Shown: positions 12,782 to 27,238 of the stretch, one piece after another
Position numbering within the stretch: the first letter of the stretch is position 1
Layout of the letters: every line of letters starts with the position of its first letter
Assembly (NCBI GenBank): GCA_964016885.1
Contig: OZ024741.1
Location: forward strand, 86,986,001 to 87,050,000
Source of the DNA: Eledone cirrhosa
Lineage: Eukaryota
Length of the DNA stretch: 64,000 nucleotides
Reading direction: 5' to 3'
Made by a program: the position numbers and the translations under genes
The notes under the pieces: model-generated
What the model was told of the DNA's origin: nothing
Databases searched by the model: none
Seen by the model: the letters and a program-made list of their open reading frames with translations, nothing else

Positions 12782-13803
12782 AACCAGTAAGACCCCGACA
12801 GCTGAGCTCAAGCCGTTTCGACGGCTAATTCTGGACTAAATGAAAATTTATCCTGGTATTTAAATAGCCGATTTTCTCAAGGGGTAATTCCATATATGGT
12901 CAAAGTGATAGTCAAAAATCAGTAGTAATTCTGTGGTTGCAAATTAGTAGGGGAGATGGTGGCTAAACCTGCCAGTAGGAGAAAGAGGGGAGGGGGTGGA
13001 GTAGACCCAATCAAGCGTTGGTAGTGCCAGCTACAGCTGGGCATGAGGTCAAAGAAGATACAGGGGAGGGGGAGGGGGAGGAAGTCGGAACGGTAGGTAG
13101 AACAATGGGGGGTAGAAATAGGAAAGAAAAAAAAAAAAAAAAAAAAAAAAAATACTGAGAGTGAAGAAAGGCAAATAAGTGTAAAGAAAAGTAAAGTAAA
13201 TTAAATTCTACGACCTAGGTGTCAGGCTATTGTTAGGCGAGAATAAAATAAAGAAAGAAAGAAAGAAGTAAAAAAATAAATAAATGAATAAATAAGGAAA
13301 TAAGTAAGAGAACTAGGTGGGACGGATAAGGCAAGGGCCCTTTTAAGAGGTATAAGTACGTAAATGATACGGTGACGGGTCAACAAAAGTTCGTACGAAC
13401 TTTCATGTAGCTTGTTTTAGATCTTTTAGAGTTAGCATTAGTATATATTTTTCTCGGGACTCAGAATTATTATCTCGTACAAGTTCACTTTGCTGCACTG
13501 GGTCGTTGCTGGCCCGGGATGGAAACCTTTATTGTTTATTTCGTGGTAGTCTCTTTAGTATTTTGGCCCCTTTTGTTGACCCGTCACCGTATCATTTACG
13601 TACTTATACCTCTTAAAAGGGCCCTTGCCTTATCCGTCCCACCTAGTTCTCTTACTTATTTCCTTATTTATTCATTTATTTATTTTTTTACTTCTTTCTT
13701 TCTTTATTTATTTTATTCTCGCCTAACAATAGCCTGACACCTAGGTCGTAGAATTTAATTTACTTTACTTTTCTTTACACTTATTTGCCTTTCTTCACTC
13801 TCA

Positions 13804-13838
<35 letters not shown>

Positions 13839-14264
13839 CTTTCCTATTTCTACCCCCCATTGTTCTACCTACCGTTCCGACTTCCTCCCCCTCCCCCTCC
13901 CCTGTATCTTCTTTGACCTCATGCCCAGCTGTAGCTGGCACTACCAACGCTTGATTGGGTCTACTCCACCCCCTCCCCTCTTTCTCCTACTGGCAGGTTT
14001 AGCCACCATCTCCCCTACTAATTTGCAACCACAGAATTACTACTGATTTTTGACTATCACTTTGACCATATATGGAATTACCCCTTGAGAAGATCGGCTA
14101 TTTAAATACCAGGATAAATTTTCATTTAGTCCAGAATTAGCCGTCGAAACGGCTTGAGCTCAGCTGTCGGGGTCTTACTGGTTCCTATTACCCACTCTAC
14201 TACCTCAAGTATTGAGTACTTTGGTGCGTTATGGTCCACCTGGTTCCTTACCACATTTCCTTCG

Positions 14265-14265
<1 letters not shown>
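12779..14265 (+). mobile_element. Fold-back pLTR pair of a Penelope-B subfamily
   Basis: ~600-bp inverted arms 12779-13388 and ~13570-14185, plus tail; hammerheads at 12792-12885 (-) and 14080-14173 (+) with core TTGAGAA. Confidence 0.85.
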
Positions 14266-14301
<36 letters not shown>

Positions 14302-14785
14302 TAAACGGAATAGAAAATGCTGACAAATTGTTCACAGTGAAAAATAGTTTAATTAGGAATAAATGAGAATTAGTAATTGTATTGGTTAGTATTCAGTTTG
14401 GGTTTTAAGTTTTACCGGTTGCGCATTTTTAAATGCTTTTCAAAAATAATTTTGAGATAGAGCATCCGTGATGTTTGCTCTTATATGATTAGTTTTGGGA
14501 ATTCTCCCTGTTTTTATGTTAAAAAAGTGGCTCCAGCGCTATTAAAATTGGTTTTTGCGCCAATTCGTGTTGCAGAAGTTCTTGTGGTCAAAACAATTTT
14601 GATTGGTCGGTAGAGGTCATGTGAATATAAAACATTGATTTTGCGCCAAGACTGAGAAATGACTCTTTCAGAACAAATATGTGTGTGTGTGTGTAGTAGT
14701 AGTAAAGTGTTCGTTGTTGTGATAATGGTTAGCAGGGATGTGTGTGCGAACCGCAGCCTGTTGACAGTTCAAATGCCTATTAAGA

Positions 14786-14789
<4 letters not shown>

Positions 14790-14825
<36 letters not shown>

Positions 14826-14933
14826 GCAGAGTAATTCGTGGTAGAGGGATGGTCAGTAGGAATGTGTCTGTAAGTGAGTGGGGGATATTTTAACATGTTA
14901 AAATATATTTTTCAGCTCTTGTCTTATACGGAG

Positions 14934-14993
<60 letters not shown>

Positions 14994-15100
14994 CAGAGTA
15001 ATTCGTGGTAGAGGGATGGTCAGTAGGAATGTGTCTGTAAGTGAGTGAGGGATATTTTAACATGTTAAAAGATATTTTTCAGCTCTTGTCTTATACGGAG

Positions 15101-15170
<70 letters not shown>
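14790..15170. repeat. Duplicated ~110-bp unit interspersed with (GT)n
   Basis: tagcagagtaattcgtggtagaggg...cttatacggagaa occurs at ~14824 and ~14991. Confidence 0.8.
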
Positions 15171-15172
<2 letters not shown>

Positions 15173-15203
15173 GTCTCTTTGTATGTTAATGTACGCGTGT
15201 GTA

Positions 15204-15241
<38 letters not shown>

Positions 15242-15332
15242 AGAATGTGTGTGTGTGTGTGGGTGGACCAGTATTTTTTTCCTGGTAAAATGGTGTACAT
15301 TATTCGATTTTAACTCAGGGAAGAATTAGAAA

Positions 15333-15921
15333 TCATATGAATCTAGATTTGGGCGTAGGGAGGGTGTGGAAGAGTGAGAATGTTTTTCGAACAAATCCTG
15401 ATACATTTCCAACCAGTTCGTTTTTACTCCACAATGTTTCGCATTGGTCTGTTAAAAGACTGTGAACTACATTTCTATCCAAGCCCTTTTCTTCTGCAAT
15501 CATCCTTACCCTTAATCGGCGATCTTTCACCATCACTGTTCGCACCACTGCCACATTTTGTTCATTTGTTGACGAGATTGGCCTTCTAGAATTAGGTTTG
15601 TTTTTTCTCGGCCCTTTGAAAGCTTTGTGCCACTTAAAACCCTCACTTCTCGATAGGGTGACATCTCCATAAGCTTGTATTAAAGAATTAAATGTTTTGG
15701 TGACAGATTCGTTGAGTTGCACGCAAAATTAGATCGCGTATCGCTGTTTGATATTAACAGATGTTATAAACACTTTTGTATATAAACTGCTATAAATCAC
15801 GACTATCTCAATCGATCATATCGAAACAAGTATATGCGTGCAGCCAAGATGATAACCAACACGCTGATATACATTAACAATGTGGTGTGTTACCATATCG
15901 TACATAGGGACACACCTCGTA
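15333..15921 (-). mobile_element. Mariner DNA transposon, degenerate 5' fragment
   Basis: Minus ORF QAYGDVTLSRSEGFKWHKAFK...KDRRLRVRMIAEE resembles the mariner N-terminal HTH; preceded by QRYAI*FCVQL; terminus TA-CGAGGTGTGTCCC at ~15921. Confidence 0.85.
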
Positions 15922-16235
15922 TATATATATATATATACATATATATATCTGAAATTACATCTGATCTGTAAATGGATTGACATTCCTACGATGACTCAAC
16001 CACCTTGAACTTCTTCTCTACTCTCTACGCCTTACACCCACTACGATTTTTATTAATCTCTGAACTCACTTTCTGTACTCTTATATTCTTTTTCTCCCTT
16101 ATCTCCCCTTATATTTAAACTTTTTCCTTGTTATTTATTTTCCTTATTCCCCCCTACGTTCTACCTTACCCTTTATATACCCACCTTTTTTATTTATAGA
16201 TATTTATTTCTGTGTGTATGTATGTGCTGTGTATA

Positions 16236-16282
<47 letters not shown>

Positions 16283-16507
16283 GTGTATAAAATTATATAT
16301 ATCTGTATGCATAATTACATACAGAGTGATTTAATGTTTATTTTCATTGATTATTCGCTCTAGGAACTTGTTGAGTGCTCTAAATCAGCTATACACATTT
16401 ATACCGTTATCTATTTAATTATTTATTTATTATTTGTCGTATTCCCAACACTTTTTATTTTTATATATATATATATTTCTTATATATATATATATATGAA
16501 GTTATGT

Positions 16508-17628
<1,121 letters not shown>

Positions 17629-17631
17629 ATA

Positions 17632-17664
<33 letters not shown>

Positions 17665-18528
17665 TAAGAGAGTAAAACAAAGAAGCCTTCAATACATCAA
17701 AAGTCTTTATTAGCCGACAATGTTTCGTCCTATTAAGGACTCATCAGGGCAATTAAAACAACAAGAAGTAATATCGGCAGATACAAGCCGGAAGCTCCGA
17801 AGAATATGGAGTGTACATACACTAAAGTATTGCAAAAATATATAATAAAAATAATAAAAATATATAATAAAAATTACTAAGGATGTATATAACATTAAGA
17901 ACCATATTACAAATATAGTCCAAAGCAAAAAAAAACCTAGATCTAAACAAAGGTGGTTACATATAGCAGGAATTATATATAATACGATGTAATATAATAT
18001 AATATAATATAATATACCTTTACCAACATTAAAATTACAATAAAAATCAAAAGGTACAATATGCATATGTATATATGTGCACACACGTACACACACATAC
18101 ACATACAACAATACACACATCCATCTTCAACTGCACAAATTAAACCTTATTAAGAGTTTGAATATAAAAATAAGCATGATAGGAATGAAAATAATAATAA
18201 TAATATTACTAATACGTCTACCCAATATACATGAGGTAATAATATGATATAATTATAAGTAGCACATATAATAAATAATAAATAATACAGTTATATACTA
18301 TATAATACAATATAATAGGATAGATAATCTCCGGTTAATTTACACAAACAATATAGATGTCACAATAATAATATAATAATAATATATTAACATTTACAAT
18401 ATACTAACATTTATAATAAACAATATAAAGGTACTCAAGTTAACAAATCAATTCATACTGGGTTACAGAGTAGGTGAGGAAAAATAAATTGTACAATACC
18501 TCAAAAAAATTTTGATGGTACAAAAGTT

Positions 18529-20655
18529 TATAGCGAGATTACTGGGTTGTATGAATGTAACAAAACGAGACATGGTTTGTGTATATAATATTTAATTAAC
18601 GGTAGATAGAATACTTGACATGTCAAAGATAGATGTTAGAATGAAACAAAGTTAGTAGTTACCGTTTTGATTGCCAGGCAAACGCGGCTGGCAGAGGGCG
18701 CCTGGCTAAGGCCAGGCGCCTGTTGGCCAAATTAATGGCAGAGCCAAATGAGAGGCTCTTGTCCTGGTGCCGAAAAGGCAAAGAGAGAAAGGAAGCTTAA
18801 AGTTGTTAGTTTTATAGGGCTCTGACCGGAAGTTGCAGAAAGGGTTCCACTTCCCGTCTAGATCCTAATCAAAACAAGGGAGACAACCGCTACATAACCT
18901 CCCGCCAGAATTTTAGTGTATAAAAATCGAAATGAAAATATGTAGCAAGTTGGCGAGAATGTTGTAACAGGCATGAAAATTACGACAAAAGAATGTTTGG
19001 AAAAATGAATGATAGATATCAAGGTAGCCAACCGCTCTTGGCCAGAGAACGACTGGACATCCATCTATCCATCACCCAAAGATACAATGTAATAAAGTAA
19101 AAGTAATAGAAGAGCTCAAAGTTCAAAATATAGTTCACAGGTGTGCAATCACATGACAGCAGGAAAGAAAGTGTGTTCCAGAGAATGAATGCAGGTGGTC
19201 TCTGTTCTGTGGTACATCGCGAAACTTCCAACCTCCGAATGGATTTTCTCACAGGAAGAGTGCTGCAAAAACGAACTCTCTGGCTTTGGTGAAGCTGTAT
19301 TGATGTATTGCTGTTGCTGTTATATTGCTGTTGCTGCTGCTGTTGTCTCGCTGAGTGAGCGCACCCGGTGTTTAAATTCACAGTAAAAAAAATTTATTTA
19401 GAAAAAATGAGTTGCGCAAAGTGCTAGAAATAGCAGCCGAAGTTGATGGTCGATGTTGAGAATGCGTTGACCTGGAAGGGTCAAGAGGCCAGCGACCAGA
19501 GAAATAAGCATTCTTAATAAATGCGCGGTTATCAACTGTAAATTTACATTGTAAATTTATAAACCGGCAAATAGAAGAATATAGCTTAAGGCTGAAGAAT
19601 CCCTGGTGATAAATGGCGTGCGGCTGTCTGTGAGTAGAGACATCTCTGTGAATCGAGAATTTGTGCTGCCTACACGTGCCAATACAAGGTTGAAAAAAAA
19701 TAATATTTCTAACGCGCGAGAAAATGATAGTGCAATGTTGAAAGTGACAATGATGAAAAAGAAAGGCTTCAATCAGCATAATTATTGGTGTGAACTTTTG
19801 AAAAAAAAAAAAAAAAAAAAAATTGAACGATGAAGAAAACGATGAACAAAAAGGCAATGGTTCATCGAAAATAAATGTTCCTGTTGAAATGTTTTTTTAA
19901 AGAATATCAAATTTCTTTTTTTTTTTTTTTGTTTTGAAAGAGTTCGTTGTAAGAAACGAGAAACATATATATATATCGTGAAATGTTTTTTTTTTTTTTT
20001 TTTTTTGTTTTGAAAGTGTTCGTTGTAAGAAACGAGAAACATATATATATATTGGTGAAATGCGACAGTTAATTGATGCGTGAGAGAAAAAGTATGTCTG
20101 TGCGAATTCCACATGTGCGTGTGTGCGTGTCCTTGAGTAGTTTCATTGTTTGTCGCTAAATTTGCTGTGTATTCGTAATGTTACTCACAAAACCAGATGT
20201 GCTATTTTTTCTTTTTTTTGGGGGGGGGGGGGGGGTGACCACTTATAGCGATGAACGGCTGCGTGTTCGTATCACGTCAGGGTTACCAATATAGCGAGGT
20301 TACTGGGTTGTATGAATGTAACAAAACGAGACATGGTTTGTGTATATAATATTTAATTAACGGTAGATAGAATACTTGACATGTCAAAGATAGATGTTAG
20401 AATGAAACAAAGTTAGTAGTTACCGTTTTGATTGCCAGGCAAACGCGGCTGGCAGAGGGCGCCTGGCTAAGGCCAGGCGCCTGTTGGCCAAATTAATGGC
20501 AGAGCCAAATGAGAGGCTCTTGTCCTGGTGCCGAAAAGGCAAAGAGAGAAAGGAAGCTTAAAGTTGTTAGTTTTATAGGGCTCTGACCGGAAGTTGCAGA
20601 AAGGGTTCCACTTCCCGTCTAGATCCTAATCAAAACAAGGGAGACAACCGCTACA
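18529..20655 (-). mobile_element. Non-autonomous LTR retrotransposon (TRIM-like, probably Gypsy-related) nested in the inverted pLTR
   Basis: 366-bp LTRs at 18529-18894 and 20290-20655, minus-strand ends TGTAGCG...CGCTATA, 4-bp TSD AGTT, PBS TGGTAACCCTGACGTGAT (tRNA-Trp-like), PPT GGCGGGAGG; absent from the homologous site at ~25640. Confidence 0.9.
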
Positions 20656-21660
20656 AGTTCAAACATCTTACATGATATATAAAGTTTAACATATCATAAT
20701 GTTACATAATTAACGGTAAGTAATAAGGATCAATATTACAATAAAAAATACAATATAATATAATATATTATATAAAATAAATTAATATAATATAATATAT
20801 AATTACTTATAATTACAAGGTTGGTAGACAGACATGTATATGGATGAGTGAGTAAGTGCCAGACAGTAAATATAATGCACAGTAGTATTACAAATAAAAT
20901 ATAAAATATAAAATATAGAATAAAGTAATAAATAGAATCAACCGGAAATTAAAAAACAAAAACAAACGTATACATTTAGGTCTCACATGCAGTTAAGTAG
21001 TTAAGTAAAAACTAAGGAAACAACCCCTGTAAATGACTCAAAAACCCTATTTGATAAATTAATATTAAAAATATTTAAACTATTCAATAAGGCAGTATAA
21101 TATTAGCTATAGTTTAAGTCATTAAAGTTTATAAACGTTAATATTTCGTTACAAATGTTTACAAAAAGGAATGAAAATCTTTTATTATCATATACATAAC
21201 GATATCTAAAGAACTGACTTAAGCAGAATTAAGGTAGGCTAATAGGGACAGAAATGGAGAAATATATGGAGGATGCAAAGGGGCATAAAATATAGTCGAT
21301 ATGGATGTGTGTATTGTTGTATGTGTATGTGTGTGTACGTGTGTGCACATATATACATATGCATATTGTACCTTTTGATTTTTATTGTAATTTTAATGTT
21401 GGTAAAGGTATATTATATTATATTATATTATATTACATCGTATTATATATAATTCCTGCTATATGTAACCACCTTTGTTTAGCTCTAGGTTTTTTTTTGC
21501 TTTGGACTATATTTGTAATATGGTTCTTAATGTTATATACATCCTTAGTAATTTTTATTATTTTTATTATATATTTTTGCAATACTTTAGTGTATGTACA
21601 CTCCATATTCTTCGGAGCTTCCGGCTTGTATCTGCCGATATTACTTCTTGTTGTTTTAAT

Positions 21661-21700
21661 TGCCCTGATGAGTCCTTAATAGGACGAAACATTGTCGGCT
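21661..21700 (+). ncRNA. Hammerhead ribozyme of the Penelope A pLTR
   Basis: gcc-CTGATGA-gtcc-ttaata-ggac-GAAA-CATTG-TC-ggc; identical copies at 26404-26443 (+) and 17712-17751 (-). Confidence 0.85.
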
Positions 21701-21924
21701 AATAAAGACTTTTGATGTATTGAAGGCTTCTTTGTTTTACTCTCTTAATTTTTCGGCTCTGTTTAACTACATTGAGCTATACCTTTTACTGTCATTTCTA
21801 TAATACGAAGAGGGTGTTTAACTCCAACACACTCCAGTATTTTAACCCTTGTCACTGCTCCCGATCGGTTGAGCTTCCTCATATATACTGGTATTTTGGC
21901 CTTTATATATATATATCTGACAGT

Positions 21925-24615
21925 ATGCTAACAAAGAGTTACCTGCCTTTATCTCTGAAGAATATTCCCACCCCCTCTAAGAATACTTACGAAAAACTAT
22001 TGATAGCTAGTGTTAACTCCTTTGTAAAAAGGATTAGATGGCGTGCTTTCCACTATGATAATAATAAGAATAGGAAGGACCCCAGGAATAGAACTAATTT
22101 TAATAACTACGGCTTCAAAACTTATAAGAGCCCACCACACAATATTCTGTTAGATAGTTTTGAAAGTGACTTACTCTCACTTGTCAAAAATATTAGGTAT
22201 AGGCCAAATAATAGACATAGAAATTATAATAATTTTGATAAGTTCCAGTCTAGACTTAAAAATATTGTTAAGGGTTTCGGTGAGAATAAGTCCATTCTTG
22301 TCCCGGCAGATAAGACTAAGAATCTATACTCCATGGATTATAGTGCTTACCGCGACTTTATTTATAAGGAGCTGCATAGAAACTATAAAAAAACTACGCT
22401 TGAGAATTTGAACCACATCAATAGTGATGGCCTTAGAATTGTCTCTGACCTCGGCCTCGATAAGTATACCCAGCCATATTACCCTCGAGAACCGAGATTC
22501 ACTCTTAAGGATCATAAGGTTGATTTTATTAGTAACCCCTCTGTTAGACTCATCTGGCCTTCTAAGTCTGTTATAGCCATTATCAGTAAAAAAATCCTTG
22601 ACCTTATTATACCAGATGTTAGGGATAAGGTTAATTTTAACCTATGGGGGAACACTAAGGAAGTTATAGATTGGTTCTTCGGGATTAATAGACTTGAATC
22701 TAATAAGTTTATCCAATTCGATATTGATGCCTACTACACATCAATTTCACCCATCCTCCTCAATAAAGCTTTAATGTTGGCCATGAGAGTGTCCAGCCTT
22801 ACACGATCACAGGTAGATATTATACTAGCAGCCCGTAAAACTATTATTAAATTTGAGGACACATTTTGGACCCGTAAAAACACGCCCAATAATTTCGACG
22901 TTACAATGGGTTCGAGTGATTCGGCCCAGGTTACTGATCTTGTTGGGTTGTTCCTCCTTAATGAACTATATGCTACCTTCCCGCACCTTATAGGCGGACT
23001 ATATCGTGATGATGCATTGTTTGTAATTAACTCTAGCACCAACAATGTAGAACATAATAAAAAGAAGCTTTATAAGTTTTTTAAAAGCTATAACCTTTCG
23101 ATCACGATAGATAGAAATGATAGAGCGGTTAAATTTTTAGATGTGACTTTGGACTTGGTCACTAATAGTTTTAAACCCTTCCATAAGCCTAATGAAATAC
23201 TTTCTTATGTTTGTCCCAATTCTAACCACCCCAAGTCTATGATAAGCTCTATAATTAAGGGTGTATCTAATAGGATTTCCACACTCTCTAAGGACGTAGG
23301 AACATTTAATGAACATGCGGAGTACTATAATAATGCCCTAGCAAATTCAGGTTACTCTAGTAAAATACAATATAATAATAGTAACCTTAGAAAGTCTCCG
23401 TCCACTTTTAATAATAATAACATAATATCACATAACATGGCCATGAATGGGAGTAGCAAACATAGTAACCGTAAAAATTATATAGGTGTATTTGAACCCA
23501 TCCATAAGTTAACCCACCGGACCCGTAATAGTGAATATAATACCTCTAGGAAACAAGTTGAACCCCCTGAGCGCTCACACATTGGTGATAATTTTGCTGG
23601 ATCTTATTCTAATAATGTTGCTCCTACTAATCCTATCATTGGCCCTAATCCTTATGATGGGATTCCGGACAGCAGCAGATCTACTGGAGGTAGAAACTGT
23701 AATAGACTTAATGAAATTTTGGCTGATTCTATGAATGTGGCTTTAACTAATCCTTGTAGTAGCCCTAGTCTCGATGGTGGGATATTTGATAATGGTAGAG
23801 TCGGTAAGAATAAAAATAGAAGGCGATTAAATACTTATTTTAACCCGCCATATAATCAGGAAGTATCAACTAATATCCCTAGGTCTTTCTTCTCTATCTT
23901 AGAGAAAAATTTCCCCCCTTCTCATAAATACCATAGTATTTTTAATAAAAATGTTATTAAACTTTCATTCTCTACCACCCCTAATATTAGTTCTCATTTA
24001 GCTAGCACTAACAATAGGAAAATTAGGGATGGATTCTCCTCTCTACATACTACTAGTCTGAACAGATCTGGCAATGCATTACCACCAGAACAGTCCTTAT
24101 CTAATAGCAATCCTACGTGTAATGCATCACCACTTGAGTCAACCAATAACACCCGGAAGTGCAATTGCAGAGTGAGTGCTAACTGCCCTTTAAACGGTAA
24201 CTGCCTTTCTAAGAACATTGTCTATGCTTGCGAAGTTATAACTAATTCCTCTAATAGAACTTATATAGGCTCTACATCTAATACTTTTAAGACTAGGTTT
24301 AACTCTCATATCTCTAATTTCAAGCATGTTAAGTTTAAGAATTCTACTTCTTTAGCACATTATATCTGGGATCTTAAGGGGACTAATATACCATATAGCC
24401 TTAACTGGCGTTTAGTAGCACGCTCTAACCACCTTTCTACACATACTAAGTTTTGTAATCTCTGTATCCTCGAGACACACTCTATAATCTTCTCTAGCGC
24501 ATCTTTACTTAATAGAAAGTCTGAGATATTCTCTTCTTGCCCCACGCTATTTCTAATTCATACTTTTATTATAAACCTAAACGTTCTAGTAGTACAAATT
24601 GTACCCATTAGCTGA
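21925..24615 (+). CDS. Penelope-like RT plus C-terminal GIY-YIG endonuclease
   Basis: Open frame; motifs LVPADKT, FDIDAYY, MGSSDS, GLYRDD, FLDVTL, FNPPY, CNCRVSANCPL, IVYACEV...YIGST, CNLC. Probable ATG at 21925. The extreme C-terminus may be frameshifted at a C-run (~24540). Confidence 0.9.
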   Translation: MLTKSYLPLSLKNIPTPSKNTYEKLLIASVNSFVKRIRWRAFHYDNNKNRKDPRNRTNFNNYGFKTYKSPPHNILLDSFESDLLSLVKNIRYRPNNRHRNYNNFDKFQSRLKNIVKGFGENKSILVPADKTKNLYSMDYSAYRDFIYKELHRNYKKTTLENLNHINSDGLRIVSDLGLDKYTQPYYPREPRFTLKDHKVDFISNPSVRLIWPSKSVIAIISKKILDLIIPDVRDKVNFNLWGNTKEVIDWFFGINRLESNKFIQFDIDAYYTSISPILLNKALMLAMRVSSLTRSQVDIILAARKTIIKFEDTFWTRKNTPNNFDVTMGSSDSAQVTDLVGLFLLNELYATFPHLIGGLYRDDALFVINSSTNNVEHNKKKLYKFFKSYNLSITIDRNDRAVKFLDVTLDLVTNSFKPFHKPNEILSYVCPNSNHPKSMISSIIKGVSNRISTLSKDVGTFNEHAEYYNNALANSGYSSKIQYNNSNLRKSPSTFNNNNIISHNMAMNGSSKHSNRKNYIGVFEPIHKLTHRTRNSEYNTSRKQVEPPERSHIGDNFAGSYSNNVAPTNPIIGPNPYDGIPDSSRSTGGRNCNRLNEILADSMNVALTNPCSSPSLDGGIFDNGRVGKNKNRRRLNTYFNPPYNQEVSTNIPRSFFSILEKNFPPSHKYHSIFNKNVIKLSFSTTPNISSHLASTNNRKIRDGFSSLHTTSLNRSGNALPPEQSLSNSNPTCNASPLESTNNTRKCNCRVSANCPLNGNCLSKNIVYACEVITNSSNRTYIGSTSNTFKTRFNSHISNFKHVKFKNSTSLAHYIWDLKGTNIPYSLNWRLVARSNHLSTHTKFCNLCILETHSIIFSSASLLNRKSEIFSSCPTLFLIHTFIINLNVLVVQIVPIS

Positions 24616-26890
24616 TATATTCCATTATTTATTTTTTAGTTTAGGTTCTTTTGTTTGCCAACATTATTATTATCATCATTATTATCATTGGTTTTTGATG
24701 ACTCTTTATTCTAGCTCTCATAATCTTTCGGCTACTGTACCATATCTATCTTCTTATGCATTAAATTTTCACTATTACACCTTATGAATGTATATAAGAT
24801 TATATATTTTACGCTATTTATTTTATTTTATTCTTATTTTTATTTTTATTTTTATTTTTATTAGGATTCTTCTTTGGACCCCCCCTCCCCCCATGTGCAC
24901 ATAAACTTAGTGTCAACCCCTCCAAATTGACTATGATTATATTATATTTAACCCCCCCTCCTTTACGCTCCTTTCTATTATGTAATATAGTATATCGACT
25001 ATATTTTATGCCCCTTTGCATCCTCCATATATTTCTCCATTTCTGTCCCTATTAGCCTACCTTAATTCTGCTTAAGTCAGTTCTTTAGATATCGTTATGT
25101 ATATGATAATAAAAAAAATTTCATTCCTTTTTGTAAACATTTGTAACGAAATATTAACGTTTATAAACTTTAATGACTTAAACTATAGCTAATATTATAC
25201 TGCCTTATTGAATAGTTTAAATATTTTTAATATTAATTTATCAAATAGGGTTTTTGAGTCATTTACAGGGGTTGTTTCCTTAGTTTTTACTTAACTACTT
25301 AACTGCATGTGAGACCTAAATGTATACGTTTGGTTTTGTTTTTTTAATTTCCGGTTGATTCTATTTATTTACTTTATTCTATATTTTATATTTTATATTT
25401 TATTTGTAATACTACTGTGCATTATATTTACTGTCTGGCACTTACTCACTCATCCATATACATGTCTGTCTACCAACCTTGTAATTATAAGTAATTATAT
25501 ATTATATTATATTAATTTATTTTATATAATATATTATATTATATTGTATTTTTTATTGTAATATTGATCCTTATTACTTACCGTTAATTATGTAACATTA
25601 TGATATGTTAAACTTTATATATCATGTAAGATGTTTGAACTTTTGTACCATCAACATTTTTTTGAGGTATTGTACAATTTATTTTTCCTCACCTACTCTG
25701 TAACCCAGTATGAATTGATTTGTTAACTTGAGTACCTTTATATTGTTTATTATAAATGTTAGTATATTGTATATTGTAAATGTTAATATATTATTATTAT
25801 ATTATTATTGTGACATCTATATTGTTTGTGTAAATTAACCGGAGATTATCTATCCTATTATATTGTATTATATAGTATATAACTGTATTATTTATTATTT
25901 ATTATATGTGCTACTTATAATTATATCATATTATTACCTCATGTATATTGGGTAGACGTATTAGTAATATTATTATTATTATTTTCATTCCTATCATGCT
26001 TATTTTTATATTCAAACTCTTAATAAGGTTTAATTTGTGCAGTTGAAGATGGATGTGTGTATTGTTGTATGTGTATGTGTGTGTACGTGTGTGCACATAT
26101 ATACATATGCATATTGTACCTTTTGATTTTTATTGTAATTTTAATGTTGGTAAAGGTATATTATATTATATTATATTACATCGTATTATATATAATTCCT
26201 GCTATATGTAACCACCTTTGTTTAGATCTAGGTTTTTTTTTGCTTTGGACTATATTTGTAATATGGTTCTTAATGTTATATACATCCTTAGTAATTTTTA
26301 TTATTTTTATTATATATTTTTGAAATACTTTAGTGTATGTACACTCCATATTCTTCGGAGCTTCCGGCTTGTATCTGCCGATATTACTTCTTGTTGTTTT
26401 AATTGCCCTGATGAGTCCTTAATAGGACGAAACATTGTCGGCTAATAAAAACTTTTGATGTATTGAAGGCTTCTTTGTTTTACTCTCTTAATTTTTCGGC
26501 TCTGTTTAACTACATTGAGCTATACCTTTTACTGTCATTTCTATAATACGAAGAGGGTGTTTAACTCCAACACACTCCAGTATTTTAACCCTTATATATA
26601 TATATATATATATATATCCACCTAACCTTAACTCTTTGACATTAGAGATAGAACAGATACTCTATACCATTTCCTGTCAGCATGACTTGGCAAGCTATTT
26701 AGAACCGCTTTACTTCCCTCCGAAGAAGAGATATTATCTCGAAAATTAAGGACATTTAAATAAATCTAAGGTAAAAGACTAATTGTCAACAATATCTTTT
26801 GCATTTGCATTCTTTATTCTATGTCCATACCTGCATTGTTTTGGCTTTATTATACATATACAAACGTTTATATATATATATATATATATA

Positions 26891-27238
26891 TAAAATAAAA
26901 TAAAATAAATAAGTCAAATATTTTAAATTTGGCTTCGTTTATTACTGCTATATATATTTCGGTGACAGCCATCTTTGGCTGTTGTGACCTCTTCAGGCAG
27001 TCCGAATTAGTATGGTAGAGACGAGTCTACATGTTGTTGAACACCTCATGAAGTTAAACACCTCAACAACACATGGACTCGTCTCTACCACACTAATTCG
27101 GACTGCCTGAAGAGGTCACAGCCAAAGATGGCTGTCATCGAAATATATATAGCAGTAATAAACGAAGCCAAATTTTAAATATTTGACTTATTTATTTTAT
27201 TTTACATTACTCCCGAGTAACCAAATCAACCTGTTCAC
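26891..27238 (+). mobile_element. Fold-back mini-element with hammerheads on both strands
   Basis: Inverted arms ~26891-27040 and ~27063-27203; actgc-CTGAAGA-...-GAAA-T-ATAT-A-TA-gcagt at 27102-27156, mirror at 26944-27001. Confidence 0.82.

Larger units (their letters stand above)
17664..26592 (+). mobile_element. Penelope-like element A (inverted pLTR, partial pLTR, ORF, long 3'UTR/pLTR, tail)
   Basis: 17664-18528 plus 20660-21300 is the reverse complement of ~24995-26490; 21301-21850 repeats 26049-26592; flanked by (TA)n. Confidence 0.92.

Noticed and set aside
17710-18120. Hydrophobic 124-136-aa ORF repeated at 21305 and 26057
   Set aside because: AT-rich pLTR sequence; frames differ between copies through indels; no domain.
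19019-19857. ORFs inside the LTR element as gag/pol remnants
   Set aside because: No recognisable gag, protease, RT or integrase motifs; low complexity.
21772-24615. Telomerase RT or host gene
   Set aside because: The GIY-YIG domain, pLTRs and hammerheads identify a Penelope-like retroelement.
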